Assembly: GCF_964188315.1 (NCBI RefSeq)
Contig: NC_135655.1
Location: 50,592,001 to 50,656,000 of the forward strand
Reading direction: 5' to 3'
Origin: Podarcis muralis
Taxonomy: Eukaryota
DNA length: 64,000 nucleotides
A program made the position numbers and the translations under genes. Below are positions 23,586 to 34,330 of this stretch, piece after piece. The notes under the pieces are model-generated. The model was not told the origin of the DNA and searched no databases. It was given only the letters and a program-made list of their open reading frames with translations. The number at the start of each line of letters is the position of its first letter. Position 1 is the first letter of the stretch.

Positions 23586-25545
23586 TGTTCAGTCAGAGCT
23601 ATAAATGCTTCCCCTAGAAATCCATTCCTATTTCTTGTGGTCAGGCAAATGTGCAGCCTTGTCACCTCCTGCTCCACTGATCTTGTGGAAGAGGCTAATA
23701 AGTCCTGTGCGCTTCTCTGGCCAGCAAACTGGAGCATGTTTGCTAATGGCTCCCGGGCTGTCAGAAGTTCTCCATCCAAAGCCCTTACTCCCGATTTGCA
23801 TTTTGCAATGAGCCATGCTCAGTGACACAAACTTGGCTCTCTCTCTCTGTTTCTCTCCCAGGAGGCATCTCGTCTGGTCCGCCTTGTCCCACACGGAGCT
23901 TTCTGGTCCTTGCATTACAGGATTGGTGAGCACAGCTTCCTGAAACAATGCTGAGCTACTCGCACTGCAGGGAAAGAGAAAATGGAGACCACATGCTAGG
24001 CATGTGGCAGGAGATGTGCGCTGAGATTTAGTGAAGGGTGTCATGACAGACAGCAGCATTTAAGTGTTCAGAAGGGAAGATGTATACCAGCACTGTACAG
24101 TAGCGAGGGTGACATCAGGCAGTCTGTTTCAATCCATTTATCAGGGTGCCTGCAGCGGCTCTGATTTTAAAGCAAAGAAAAACCAATACCCAACAGATGC
24201 CTGCAAAGTTACTGGCGGGAGTTCATAGAAGAGCAGTATTAGTGATGAACTACCCAAAGGATTGATTGATGAGAGTGAGAGAAAAAGAGTGACATATGCA
24301 CAGCTTGGCTAGGCAATGGCAGGGGCTTCCAGTCCATTTCCAGGCACTGGTTCTGTCCCACAAAGTCCTAAACAAGGATGGTACAGTGCTGATGATGCAG
24401 AGATGCACAGACCAATGGCCTTTGGCAGTACAATGCAGTTTCAGGTGTTTCTGTGCTGCTTATTGAAGGCAACTGCCTCCAAATCTTCAGACAAGCTCAC
24501 TCAGCAGAGTCAGGTAGATGTGAAACAACTCAGGGGGCGGGGGATAAAGAAGAACCCTGCAAGAGAGCCAAGATCCATTCTGGAATGGAAAGTCAAAAGC
24601 TGCAGCATACAACTGTGACACCTCATCCGAAAGGTTATCAGGTTGGTACTGAGAGCTGCAGAGACATTCAGGAGAAACAACAGGGTCTATCCACTGTATG
24701 GTGTGCTCATTCTATTTGCACTTCTCTTTCACAACAGCTCCTCCCTCCAGTGACCCGTAGCTCAAAGGATGCAGCTGTCTTCAGCGAGCCCCTCTGCCCC
24801 TTGCTAGGTTTCAGCCAGTGCCCCTGTTCCTCACAGCGATCACAGCAGCAGCCAATGCGATCTGCCCAGGAGGCTCTCATAACTTGGACTGGTGGCCTCT
24901 GACCCCTGATTAAGGAATCGCTTAATGCATCTTCTTAGTCCCATGACTGCAAGCACATGGGGTCTGTTCCTGCTGTCGCTTCTTTTGAGCATCAGATGCA
25001 TGATTTGTTCATCTCCGGTGGCACACGCCTCTGCGATATAAATAATAGCAAAATCTGTCCCAAGGCCTGGAGCCAACTCTTGGTCTAAGAAGCAAGGAGT
25101 GGAGGCACTGGGCCATGTCCTCTGCTTAACCTACCAAGAGTGCAGTTTAGCACTAGTGCTGGGAGTTCCCTCCCTCCCTCCTGCTCTCGTTCCACCGCGT
25201 CCTCCACCATCTGCTGCCAGGAGCCGCCCAGGTGGATCTGCGTCCTTCCTTTTGTTTGGCTGAAGGCATCTCTGTGCAAAGCCAGCGATGCGAGGCCAAG
25301 GGACAAAGTGATGGTGTGCTTTGTGCTCTGCCAAACAACGGCTTATAAACAGAAAACACAGCCATATCAAATGGATCCCATGTTTCTGGGCCTGGCACAG
25401 ATCCAGCTGTATGGGTTGGGAAACAGCAATGCCTGCCTGTAGCTGCTATAATTAGAAATGAGGGAGAGGGTGTGTGTGCCAGAGCTGTGCAGGGATGGGG
25501 CAGGTTTGTTGCACCAGCCATATTGATCGCTCCTTGTAGGATGCT

Positions 25546-25549
<4 letters not shown>

Positions 25550-25589
<40 letters not shown>
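25550..25589. repeat. (AC)n microsatellite
   Basis: About 20 units. Confidence 0.98.
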
Positions 25590-25592
<3 letters not shown>

Positions 25593-26018
25593 TGGGGCTG
25601 GCTGAGCAAGGTTGGCCTCACCAGCTTTTTTTTCTTTTTTTTTTCTTTTTGGCTACACTCGCTGCTCTGAGCCTTATTTAAATAAATGATGCAATTACTG
25701 GGAATTAACTAGAGGTGAGGGATTACTGCCAAAACAGAGGCTTCCAATTTTCACCTTCATTGGATCTTCAGGGATTTGCTTTGCAGCAAAAGGAGAGGAA
25801 ACTGCTGTTCCAGAAAAATCTTAGGTGGGATGTTAGCACCCACTTAGCTGCCAGCTCCTCTCCCCGCCCCCCCCCCCACCTGCCCAGCCTCATGGGCTCC
25901 ATTGCCTCTTTAACTTCCATCTCAAAGTCCTCTTCCAAATTTCCTCCTTTCTCCTCAACTGCCTCTCTGTCTGCTTTTCATAAAACCCTGCTGGTAGAAT
26001 ATTGCAAAAGTTATGGGT

Positions 26019-26326
26019 GGGGTGGGGGTCCCTATGGCCCTCCAGAGGTTGTTGGACTACAGCTCCCGTTATCCCTGATCATTGGCAGAACTGAAAGAGA
26101 CTTTTCTGAAACATAGGAAGCTGCCTTACACTGAGTCAAATCATTGGTCCAGCTACCTTAGTACGTTCTACACTGACCAGCAGCAGCTCTCCAGGAATTC
26201 AGGCAGGATTCTCTCCCAGCCCTGCCTGGAAATTCTGGGGATCAAATCTAAGACCTTCTGCACACAAAGCAGATGCTCTACCCCTAAGCCACAGTCCTTC
26301 ATATGGCTACAAGTTTCCATTCCCTG
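26019..26326. mobile_element. hAT-type MITE family A split by a SINE
   Basis: Left arm ...tatggccctccagaggttgttggactacagctccc; right tip ggctacaagtttccattccctg lies after the SINE. Confidence 0.55.
26112..26296 (-). mobile_element. Squam3-type tRNA-derived SINE with L2-like tail
   Basis: cataggaagctgccttacactgagtca...accttctgcacacaaagcagatgctctacc. Confidence 0.85.
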
Positions 26327-26489
26327 TCATAAGGTCCAGTCTCATCAGAATGGCCTTGTGGGATAAGAGCAAGTTCTACATAGCCCATCATCCTCTCTCC
26401 TCCAGCAGCCCCCAAGATGCCCACAACAAGGTGACAAGCAGGGGGTGAAGACAGGAGCAATCCCCAGTTTTTTATTCTCCCCAGCACCA

Positions 26490-26650
26490 AAGTGACCTCT
26501 CTCCATGTATGGAGGTCCTGGGCTCCCCAGACAGCAAGACCCCACTCTTGGCCCCGGTGATGTGGTCCAAAAGAAAGCAGAACAATATGTTTGGCACCAG
26601 CTTGGCTGCAGGTGTTGCCAGAAGGAGGCATACAAGACACCATCCAACCC
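26490..26650 (-). mobile_element. RTE-related retroposon fragment, same family as 1926-2160
   Basis: Direct similarity to the 2010-2150 segment. Confidence 0.65.
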
Positions 26651-26874
26651 AGAGGTAAACTGCCCCTAAATAGGTAGGGTCTATTCATCTGTCAGAGCTC
26701 ATAGACCTTGTAGGGCACCTAATCCATCTCTGCTCTTGGTGCTGGAAATGCAAGGTGCGAGCATCCCTAGCAGGCGGATATCTAGCTTCTGCTTTGAAAC
26801 TTCCAGGAAGGGATTCTTGGTCTCTCCGTCAGGATACCTTCTCCTTCCAGAACATCAAATCTGTTTTCTAAGCA

Positions 26875-27100
26875 CAGTGGTACCTCGGGTTTCATACGCT
26901 TCAGGTTACAGACTCCGCTAACCCAGGAATAGTAGCTCGGGTTAAGATCTTTGCTTCAGGATGAGAACAGAATTCGTGCTCTGGAAGTGCGGCGGCAGCA
27001 GGAGGCCCCATTAGCTAAAGTGGTGCTTCAGGTTAAGAACAGTTTCAGGTTAAGAACGGACCTCCGGAACGAATTAAGTACTTAACCCAAGGTACCACTG
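26875..27100. mobile_element. Tc1/mariner (Tigger-like) MITE
   Basis: cagtggtacctcggg...cccaaggtaccactg, TA on the right flank. Confidence 0.9.
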
Positions 27101-27559
27101 TAGTCATCTAAGGTGGTGAGTGACTCATCAAAACGAATCCCAGAAGTTGATTCAGCATTATGTGAAGAGGTCCTTTCTTCAGCCAGTCTCTTGGCCAGAT
27201 CACAAACCAGCGTGAGGGCAGGGGCAGGGCTACGGCCCATCTGCCTGAGAATTCTATTTCCAACAGTGGCCAGAATTGAATCAAGCATTATTTAATTTTC
27301 TCCCATTGCTAGATCTCCCTTAGGTAGAAAAAGGGAGGCTTCCAACAGAGGAGAGGAATGGAATTTCACAGTTCGGAGGCACCCAGTGGAGGGATTGATT
27401 ATGCCTTTGCTTTATGAAAGTTACTGTAATGCCTTCATCTGGCCTTGCCCTACGGGATACCTGGGTACCCAAGATGCTTAAATGGGTTAATGTCTAGCCC
27501 TCAACTAGCCTCCCCTCCCCCTGCACTGGGGTTCATGCCAAGTCTAAAATAGAGCTCCT

Positions 27560-27912
27560 GTCGATTCTTCCCAGGTTTCTATCTTGGATTATTGTAGGCT
27601 TGCAATACATCTGGAAAATTCCTGACATGTTCTGGTTTACGGGTGTAAAAATGGCGTCAGAGAAAATTTTGTCGAATTGGCAAAATGTTAGGGAAAACCC
27701 AGATGTATGGCAACATGATGGAAAAATCAGTGGAAACAGCTCAAAAATCTTAAAATCACTATTTTTGGGGTAGGTTCCCCCCCAAGAGCTCAACAATTTG
27801 GGTTTGTTCCCAAGAAAAGCTTAAAGATTAACAATTTAGGTGGATTTCCTTATAAAAGCTCAACAATTTTGTGGGTATCAGGAATTTTACTTTTTGAAAT
27901 ATGGCAACCCTG
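27560..27912. mobile_element. Probable DNA-transposon remnant
   Basis: Ends in atatggcaaccct (a similar tatggcaacat at about 27706) and carries repeated agctcaacaattt motifs. Confidence 0.4.
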
Positions 27913-28512
27913 GGATTATTGGGTATAACAGAGAATGCTGCTAGGCAAAGACAATGGGTTGCCTCTTTTCTGGTTCCATCTTTTTCTCTCTAGGTGCAAG
28001 TTCTTGATTGATCCAGCTACTTGATTTCTTTATGTGTTTCTAACCCAACCTTTAATTAAAATATATCAAGGTGTTATGCAAGATATGAGACTAAAATCAG
28101 CAAAAATCATCCATAAAACTTCATTTAAAAAGCATCAATAAAACATCAATAAATACTGATTGGTTAAAGGCCTGTCTCTTATAGTGTTATAGCACAAATG
28201 CATCCCAAGGGATTCCTGTGTGCAACATCTGGCTGCCCAGATTACCTCTCCAACATTTGCTCTCTGAGGAACAGGGGCAATTTCTGCAGGCAAATTCTGT
28301 CAAGGTTGACTTGGATGCACATCTCATAGTTGCATCACCATTCAGGTATCCAGTGTCACAGTTTCCTACAGGATGCAACTTGTTGGGGGATTCATCTACG
28401 GTATCTTGCAAGGCAGATGAGGATGTGACTCCCATCTTCTAATTTGGACCACTAATCATGCACAATACTGTATTGTGAAGGACTCTCTCTCAGGTGGGTT
28501 GATTAACTAAGA

Positions 28513-28625
28513 CAGTGTTCCCCAACCAGGTGCCCTCCAGATGTTCTGGACTTCAGCTTGCCCATTGGACCTGATGGGCATCATGGTTCAAAAACACTGG
28601 GAGGGCACCAGTTATGGGATGGTTG
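28513..28625. mobile_element. hAT-type MITE family A, diverged
   Basis: cagtgttccccaaccaggtgccctccagatgttctggact...ctgggagggcaccag. Confidence 0.7.
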
Positions 28626-28979
28626 GGGTGAAAGTGCTTAATTAAAATTGTGCATGCTTTCTGTTCTAGCCTACACTGAAAGGTGGTTCAGATGCTCTTG
28701 CTAAATATCTCACTCTTTCACATTCCATTGCCGAGCAGTCATGACTTATACTGTTGATAAAATCTCCTTTCTGCAGTCTTTGCCAGTTAGTAGGAAATAT
28801 TAAATAAAGAAGTTGTCTTTTGTTAGATCATCATCTCCCATAATAGTACATTAGAAAGTGTATAAGCTTCCAAGTACATTGCTGTAATAATAAGCCAAGA
28901 ATGTCACATCTGCAACCTCCTGCTGGTGAATGTCCTATGTTTCTATACTCAAAGCAGCTAGCAACCTAATTAAAACAAT

Positions 28980-29240
28980 TAGCCACAAAACATAAAACTT
29001 TCAAAGCAAGAAAAACATCACATTAAAAAACTATAACAACATCACAGACAGCAGCATCAACAAGTCACTCCATATTAAAATACAGCCACCAGCAGACATA
29101 AAAAAAATCTGCTGGGACAAATGGGCCTTAACTGTCTTTTTGAATAAAGCAAAGAAGGAGCCTGGCATATCTCCCTGGAGAGGGGAGTTCCACAATCTGG
29201 GAGCCACTGCAGAAAAGGCCCTGCCTTTCACTTCTACCCA
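28980..29240 (-). mobile_element. L2-class LINE ORF2 C-terminus and 3' UTR
   Basis: ORF 29031-29231 contains GRAFSAVAPRLWNSP...FKKTVKAHL, an L2 ORF2 end motif. Confidence 0.85.
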
Positions 29241-31099
29241 TGATACCTGCAGTGGTGATGGGACAATGAGCCAAGTTTACTGCTCAGTTTCATGAGCAGC
29301 TGGTTTTTTGTGTGCTTACTCAGAAGCCAGTTAACTTGTTCCAAGGTACTCCATGCCATGGAGAACGCCAGTTACGCTGTTCTGCCATACATGCATACTT
29401 AAATATTTTTCTGTAGTTTCACTGCATATTCAAGAAATGTTGTGCTTTCTCTACCTCTCCTTATAGGTCCCCACCCACCACATTTACTCTCCCCATTATC
29501 CGTTGATGGATAATGTAGGAAGATGATTATAATGATCTCTGACAAGGCAGGATCAGGAATTACGCTGATAAATCTAAAGAGGCAGCTGATACACAAATCA
29601 CAGACCATAATGTAATATAGGACTATTAGCTCGGCCGGCAAAGAACAGACCCATTCTCCTGCACCCTGAAGATCCTCTCTCCCTGGTACCTCCAACTGAA
29701 ACAGGCATCTGACTGAATTCTTATGGTGTCTTCATTACTATTTGCTCTAAGGATGCACCAGGTTTAGCCTCAAATACACAGGAAGTGGAATACACAGCAA
29801 AAACAAAAGAAAACACCCACCTGCCAGCATAGAAGTTTGGACTCCTTTTGCTGGGTTTGCATGATCACCTGTGCTGATCTTGCTGGTTCATTTGGGACAT
29901 TATCTGCACTACACACTTACACTGTACACCGTGTATCTGCCTACACAGGCTTTTCAAGCAGAATTAAGCTTGTTTCTAAGGGCATTTCCAGGCAGATGAT
30001 TTGCTTGGTGTCAGACACACCAATGCAGTGCATCTGACACTCAGGACAGATAATTCTGTGCTGTATAGGCTTTATAACAGATTAGCTTCCAAGGCTTCCC
30101 CCAAAGTCTCCCAGGGATTCTGTTGTTTTTTTTTGGGGGGGGGGGGTTGAAGTGCTGAAACTTCTCTGTTAGAGATCCCTTCTCACAGAACAGCTGTTCC
30201 CAAGGTCCTTCAAGAGAGATGGAAGGACTGTTAAACCAATTAAGTCCACAGTGTTGATATGCCCCCAAAAGCCTTATGTGAACTGTGCCAAAGTTGATGC
30301 CCACTTTCCAAATGACAGACTCAAGGCAGGATGAGATGGGATCTGCCAAAGGATTGCCCAGGGATTGTCTTGCAAAACCCAGTGGGCCTTTGTGCTGGAG
30401 ACCATGCAGTGGCAGTAAAGGACTCTGCATCTCTTGACACAATCTAAACCACAGCACCCGTGAACTCAGTGACAAAACAAGCACAAAAGTGAAAGGGGCA
30501 GTTCTCTGGCTCACGCAATGATGGAGCAGGGCATTTGCGAAGGGGCATTCTGGGCATTTGCCAAGGCTCCAATGCAGCAACTCTCTTTTTAGAAATTCAT
30601 TGCAGTCCATGCTTCCTATGTTGGCATTCTGAAAATAGTCTAGACTCTAGAACACTGGGGGGGAACTTTTAATAGCAGTTCTGTCAATTGGCAGTTCCAA
30701 GCCTTATGCTGATACTCTGTACACACTCACTTTTACAATGGAATGTATTGAACCAGTGGGTCCAATCTCTGATAATGTGCATTCTTCCAGAGCTGCCAAC
30801 TTGAATAAAATATGGGGGGGGGGGGAGGTAAGCCCCACCCTGCATATTTGATCACAAGATATGGCACGCGCACACCACTTGAATGACAATGCCCATCAAC
30901 TTGAGGGGGGACCCCTTCAAAATTTTATTAGGGAGACTGAAGGGACCTCAGCCCCTAGGAGTTGGCTCCTATGTATCATATGGATATATCTGCCTGGCAA
31001 CCGCAGGCATCAGCCAGTACTGCCATCAGAACAGGACTTTGGGGCGGACATCCAAGACCCCTCTCGGCATCCAAACACAGCAGCGTTTGCTTAGCACAT

Positions 31100-32060
31100 T
31101 TGAAGCAATTAAGGTAATTCACATTGCTATCGAAAGAGCACCATTAAGTCGTGTCTAGAATTACTTAATTGCCCCACTACCTCCAGTAGGCAGCTCCAAG
31201 TGCCAATTGCCTTCTCAGTCAGTGGCAATTTTGTGCGGATTGCCAGCTTTCTAGCAGTACACCCCCCCCCCCCAAGATCTGCCAAGATATCAGATTGCAG
31301 GCTTAAAGGGCTGTTTGTGGTGCGCCGAAGTCTCTGACACCCCCAGCTGTGGGTCTCGCCCCGTGCGCTGTTACCGCCCATCCGAAAGGAACCGAGAAGC
31401 CCTTTCTGCCTCGCCTTCCACGTTTGTCCATTATCCAATCAGGGCGACAGGTTCTTATTGCCAGGGAGCCAGGAGGGCACGGCACGGACAGGAGAGGATT
31501 TCATAAACCGGCCAGGCGGATAGAAATTGCCAGCTCACACACGACGCCTCCCTCCCTCGATCTCTGGAGCCTGCCTTTCCTCGGGAGGGGAAATTACATG
31601 CTTTCCTCCGCCTGCCTTAAACTCTGTATTGACACAGCAATTGCCGGCTGTTTTTCTAGCGACTGCGGTTTTGCACACTCGTGCAAAAAGGTCAAGGCGA
31701 CGCTTTGCAGCCTTTGAGCAGCAGCATTCCTCCTGGTCTGATTGCCTTTGAACAGTCCTGGGGCTGGCATGAATATTCATGAGCTCTCTTGCTTAGGTAA
31801 ATAGGTGCGGGGGCGGCGCGGGGCCTGTCCAAACCTCGGCGCGAAGGAGCGCTGCCTGGGGCGAGGCGCACCGCCCGCATTGTGCCGGAGCGGCGCCAGT
31901 GATTACATCCAGCAGAAGGGAAGCCGGAACAATGGGCGCATCAAAGCAAATACTTATTTAGTGGCCTGGTTATTAAAAGGCGGGTATCGTCAGGCTGCCT
32001 TGCAAAGAAATTAACCATGAATGGGAGAGACGGGATGGGGTGGGGGTTGGAAAGGGGGCT
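31100..32060. promoter_or_regulatory. CpG-rich, repeat-free enhancer-like block
   Basis: ATGAATATTCATGAG (31769-31783), CTTTGAA (31746), AACAATGG (31928), ATCAAAG (31940), GCAAATA (31946); local CpG cluster at about 31300-32000. Confidence 0.55.
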
Positions 32061-33013
32061 TGGTGCAATGGCTGACGGAGTGGTTAAGTGCCCTTCCTCC
32101 AGTTGTGCGTTGGCTTAGGCAGGAAGGTGCTGGTTTGTACTGAGCCAGAGTTCTCCGTTAGGTCCAAATTGGCTTAAAATGCTGGTTAACAACCCATGAA
32201 AATAAACTTGGAATGTTTCCCCATACAATGCAAGCCAGGATCTGTGCACCAAAGCTGGCGCATCACGGTCAAAGGGGAAAAGTTCTCAGCCCCGGACTGA
32301 TTCTCCAAACTAAGCTCTTGGCGCAGAATTACTAAAAGATGCACTCAAAGCACATTCCCCTGACTTGCTCCTTGCGCATCGTTTGCTGATATTTCATTGT
32401 TAAGAGAAGTGGGATGCTGTGGAAATGTACCCTCCACTCCAAATATTAAATCTGTTTCCCCCATTCATTTGTCCAAAGCCCCCAAATCCCCAACTGTAGC
32501 ACAGCTGATTGCTTGTTTGTTCATTAGATTCCTAAGTAACGCTCCCCCAAGAACGTAAATGTGCCTTTTCTGGCTTTGCTGTGAGCATGGTAATTATGCT
32601 CACAGTGCCTGAAATCATCACAGTCCAGGTTCTTTTGGCGCTGATGCTCAAAGTGGGCACACTGCCAGTGCAGTTTGCATGATATTGATTGCAAATGAGA
32701 ATTTGTGGCATTTTGCTCTAAGCAATATTTTGATCTCCTATTAGCCCTCAGGCTCATACATGCTTGGTGACTGCGTGAAAGAGGCTGCAGGCTGTTCTTG
32801 CCTGTCTTAATAAAGGACTTGATAAATGCCCAGCACCCGCTAATCTATAAAAGCTCCAAATCCACCATTGCAAGTGGTGATCTCCAAACTGGAACTCTGT
32901 CGGATATGATTGCGCCCACCCAGCCTCCCTTAAATAGCACTAAGTAGCAAAGTACTTCACCTCCATAGGTGCAGACACACTACAGTGAGCCAGAGGAGTT
33001 TGTGACCATCTGC

Positions 33014-33255
33014 CAGTGAAGGCTGGTACATTAGGGCCAACCATCTTAAGTCTGTCTCCAGCCATTCTCCCGTCTTTCTTACAACCAGCCCCGGGAGGGG
33101 CTCTGACTGTCAGGTGCCTCCTCCCTAGTCCCTGTAGAACTCAACAAGGACAAAACTAGAATTAGTTGGCTCCACCTGTCATGGGCTGTGGCGCTGCCTA
33201 CTGTTGGCCTCCTTGCTTTCTGTCCAACCAGCCCCAGGGACACCAGCCACCACTG
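33014..33255. mobile_element. Non-autonomous TIR element, superfamily unclear
   Basis: cagtgaaggctggt...caccagccaccactg imperfect TIR; tctgc on both flanks. Confidence 0.5.
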
Positions 33256-33479
33256 TCTGCTGCATTGCTAGTGTGGACAGGACAGTAGTGCTCTACTGCT
33301 GAAGTTACACCGAGAGTAAACTGCTGCTATCTGAGGTGCAGGGCATCCTTGGTTGGAATATAGAATTTAGTGGGCTTCTGTGGTGCAGCAGTCTGCAAAG
33401 TAGGCATAGACACGGTCAGGAAGTTGCTAGATCAAATTCAGAGGGTTGCGGGGGGGGGGGAGCCATAGATCAGTGATAA

Positions 33480-33637
33480 GATCACATGCTGCTAGGTTCA
33501 ACCCCAGGCAGGCATCTTGAGATAGGGCTGGGACTAGGGCCTCTGTCTAAAACTCCAGAGACCTACTACCCAGCAGTGGTCGCAATACTGAGCAACATAC
33601 ACCAGGTCAGTACCTAAGGGAGCTCCCTATGTTCCTC
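33480..33637 (+). mobile_element. Degenerate Squam3-type SINE
   Basis: aggttcaacccc...agatagggctggga...gcaatactgagc...gagctccctatgttcct. Confidence 0.6.
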
Positions 33638-34193
33638 TGAATTGGAATAGGCAGATCTAGGCAACGTTTCCACCTAGGATGGTGGTTCCTTTGGGTCATT
33701 TGGACCTGTCTCATCCCACAAAAGCTCACCTTTCTATCAGTTTATGGACTGCAAATAACTGGGAATCCTAACGGGGGAAGGCTCCCTTGAATATCCTCGC
33801 CATGGCAGTAGACACAACAGCTTTGGGTTTTCAATAGAGAAAGGAAAGAGCATCATTGATAGTTTCCAACCCAGATTTTTCCTCTGTACCTTTAAATTCA
33901 TGGCTGCAACAGGAGACAAGGCAACTTCAGTGTCTGCTGGCTGTTTTTCTTTTGGCCCTTTCATCTGCCCACTTCCCATTCCATCTCTGCTGTCTGGCTT
34001 GTTAGAGCAGTTGAACAAGAACAGCGCATGTAAGGATAGCAGGAGAACCAAAAGGGAGAAGCCCAGGCTGCCTCATTTCCCGATTCCACTGAGGATTTAA
34101 AAGAACAGAGGCAATCTCCAGGCTGAGTTCTATGGAGGAATCTTCCTGACACCTAATTAGACCATTGCTCCATGTAGTCAAAATTGCCTGCAC

Positions 34194-34330
34194 TAGCTTT
34201 CCTCAGTCTCCTGCCCTCCTGACATTTTGGATTCCAACTCCCAACACCCAGCCAACATGGCCAATGTTCCGGGAGGATGGAAGCTGCAGTTCAAAATATA
34301 TGGAGAGCACCAAAATATAGAGAGAGTCTG
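34194..34330. mobile_element. hAT-type MITE family A, diverged
   Basis: ggattccaactcccaacacccagccaacatggcc...ggatggaagctgcagttcaaaa. Confidence 0.6.

Noticed and set aside
30041-30610. 189-aa minus-strand ORF
   Set aside because: No recognisable homology, it runs through a poly-G tract, and I see no convincing splice sites.
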